From positions 515,165,575 to 515,229,447 of the forward strand of contig NC_058133.1 of assembly GCF_016433145.1 (NCBI RefSeq): a stretch of DNA of 63,873 nucleotides, read 5' to 3'. A program made the position numbers and the translations under genes. Below the pieces are notes generated by a model. It made no database searches. It was given only the letters and a program-made list of their open reading frames with translations, and had not been told where the DNA came from. The stretch comes from Gracilinanus agilis. Lineage: Eukaryota. This document shows, piece by piece, positions 61,571-63,873 of the stretch (position 1 is its first letter; each line of letters begins with the position of its first letter).

Positions 61571-61788
61571 TAAGTTTCAGTTTACTTAAGTATAAAATAA
61601 GGATCGAATATCTATTTCTCAGGGTTGTTGTAAGAATCACATGATCTAATTTGTAGAGATGCAGACTTGCTGCTTCAAAACGGACCCATAATACATCACC
61701 TGCAATACTATCCGAGAGCAGCCCAAACCAGATTAAAATGTAATTGGGAAATGTTTAACAAAATAAATAAAAATACAATAGACTGGAG

Positions 61789-61979
61789 CAGTGATTCCCA
61801 AAGTGGGCGCCACCGCCCCCTGGTGGGTGCTGCAGTGATCCAGTAGGGTGGTGATGGCCACAGGTGCATTTATCTTTCCTATTAATTGTAAATAAATAAA
61901 AAAAAAATAATGTCCTGGGGGCTAAGTGATATTTTTTCTGGAAAGGGGGCGGCAGGCCAAAAAAGTCTGGGAACCCCTG
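61789..61979 (+). mobile_element. Young hAT-Charlie MITE (191 bp; OposCharlie-like) carrying a CTCF core motif
   Basis: TIRs cagtgattcccaaa / tctgggaacccctg. The 8-bp TSD is gactggag (61781-61788) / gactagag (61980-61987). Confidence 0.9.
61814..61826 (-). promoter_or_regulatory. CTCF core motif CCACCAGGGGGCG
   Basis: Exact match to the 13-nt core of the CTCF consensus on the minus strand. Binding is not demonstrated. Confidence 0.55.
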
Positions 61980-62319
61980 GACTAGAGAGAAATGGTAGTT
62001 TCTGATTTTCTAAATCAGGAGAGGCCTGCAGGGTCCCTTATGTACAGCCTCCTTTTTTAGTTGAAGTTTTCACCACTAATCTTAGTCTTTTTGTAAGCCA
62101 TAAAGCTCTCCGTAAATGTCAGCTAATGTGGGGCAGAAGCCACCAGAATGGGGCGCTCATTGGAAATATATCCTCGACTCTTCCGAGATACACCTAGAAT
62201 CCCGGAGGAGAGATGTAGCTGGCCAGGCCTCTGGAGCCACCTTCGGTCCTCATGAGTGGTAGCTGGGAGAAGGACCTATCCAGGTTTATAAGGGCTACCT
62301 ACGTGTGTTCGTAAGCAAA

Positions 62320-63080
62320 TGGGCAGGAGGAAGCCAGTGAGAGAGACGGAAGGTTCCGGAGAGAGAGGGGACTCCTCATGAGGTACGGTTCTGGCAAGCT
62401 GGAGGGGAGGATGGAGTACAGAGAGAGGACAGGAACAGAACTCCCTCTTTCACCAAGATGGAGGGGAAGAGAAATGGAAGTGTGATGGTGCCAGGAAGTT
62501 ATGGCTCCAGAAAGGGAATGACAGAAGCTGTGATAGATAGTCTCAGCCTTCTCAGCACAGTTGAAGGCTGGGTCGTCTGCTGTAAAAATAGAGGATGGCT
62601 CTCTAGGCACGATCCTGCGATGAAAGCCCCTCCTCGCCTTTGATCCTTGCCAAATCAGAGGCTTTAAATTGTTTTTGCTCTGGAACGGGGACGGTTTCAT
62701 GGGCCGCCAACCCAACTCGCCCACGTAGGGGCCACGTAACAAAAAAGAAAAGGAGAAAAAATGGCGTCGAGAAGGGTTGCAAGCCATGGAATGCTGAATC
62801 TTCTGGAGAATTCAAAGACAGGGTCACTTAGCGGGCAATGGGGAGCCACGCAGTGGGTGTGAGTAAGCAGCAATTCATTACCAACGAGGAATGGCACGAG
62901 GGGATGTAATCAGAGAGATTTATGAATGGAGAAGAAAGTGGGCCAGGCATGGAGCGAGAGCAGCGGATAACTGATGAACAGCCTCTGGCCTCCCCGGGAA
63001 GGGGTCTACAAGGAAGGCCCCCTGCGTCCAGAGTGCACTTTGGGGAAGATTACGGGAAGATAAGAAGTCAGAAGGAATGC
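62320..63080 (-). mobile_element. Degenerate L2 ORF2 fragment, CpG-enriched
   Basis: Purine-rich reversed L2-like body. This explains the ORFs at 62299-62787 and 62922-63296. Confidence 0.5.
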
Positions 63081-63873
63081 TATGTGGATTGTTTGGAGAA
63101 AAGTCGCCCCACGGACAAGATCGTAAAGGCTTCAAAGCTGGAAGGTTTGACCGCCACTTCCGGGCCTCCGGCCTCTCACTGGGAGACGAGTCCTCCCTCC
63201 GCTTCTTACCGGCTACGTCTCTTTGGACACATCCCTTCCTCTCTCAGCTTCAGCTGCCTCGTCTGTAAAATGAGCAGTTTGTCCTTTGAGAACTAAACCC
63301 ATGATGAGAGAATCCTAGACTCGGGCCCCAGAGGGGCCTCAGCGGCCATAGAAGCCCATCCCTCATTTTGTAGCAAAAAAAGCGATTTGTCCCAGGACAC
63401 GTAGGTAGGGAGGTAGGACTTGAACCCCACTCTCGCTGGACTCCAGGTCCGAATCTTGGGTTCTATCCATTAAGCCACATTGTCTTCCATACAATGAGTG
63501 AGTTAGAATTTCAGTCAGGGGCCCAGAGGACCAGAAGAGAAGGACCAGAGACCTTCTAGTCCAAGTCCAGGAATGGGACGCGATGTGCCCAAGAGGGTGA
63601 GCTCACGGCAGAGGTCCTCGTTTGCTAGTGAGTGAGCCCCGTTCGGGGGTTCCTGATTTCTCATCTAGGCACGTGGTCAGTTTCCTCTCTGGCTGCACCA
63701 TCTCCCACCCCTCCCCCAATGAATGCCCCCCGACATTAGGCCTAACCACCTCCTGCCCAGGCATCGCCTCTGAAATCTGGGCTCCTCAGACCAAGGCGAG
63801 CGTCAGCGGCGGTGGCTTAAGGGGGCACGAAGGCCCGCATTGTTTCTCCTGCCAACACTCCCCCAAGCAGTCC

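Larger units (their letters stand above)
61654..62078. mobile_element. Older hAT-Charlie-type MITE, interrupted by a younger MITE
   Basis: cccaaaccagattaaaatgtaattgggaaatgtttaacaaaataaataaaaatacaata..gtcccttatgtacag..ttttcaccact resembles a common marsupial hAT MITE. TIRs and TSD are eroded. Confidence 0.6.

Noticed and set aside
62299-63296. 162-aa and 124-aa ORFs
   Set aside because: They overlap degenerate L2 and MIR sequence and have no host-protein features.

Overview
Marsupial genomic DNA, most likely a didelphid opossum (Monodelphis-like). The taxon call is inferred from young SINE1_Mdo-type SINEs, Mar1 CORE-SINEs with a BovB/RTE-like tail, marsupial L1 3' ends and opossum-type hAT MITEs. 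I recognise no protein-coding gene, tRNA, rRNA or snRNA. The ORF-track hits are chance GC-rich frames, gap artefacts or decayed LINE ORF2 fragments (L1, L2, L3/CR1). The window reads as intronic or intergenic sequence packed with transposons: many MIR, L2 and L3 relics, at least 9 SINE1 copies (several with intact TSDs), three solo-LTR-like inserts and four hAT MITEs. It also holds several non-repetitive, motif-dense blocks that look like enhancers. The most notable observations are: a perfect CTCF core carried inside a young hAT MITE; young hAT MITEs resembling families known to be horizontally transferred; a CA-derived minisatellite with higher-order structure; patches where ancient repeats have gained CpG; three close inverted SINE pairs; and enhancer-like motif clusters at ~40.2 kb and ~59.4 kb. 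I found no convincing novel multi-gene system. Repeat family names are from memory of consensus sequences, and boundaries without a TSD are approximate.
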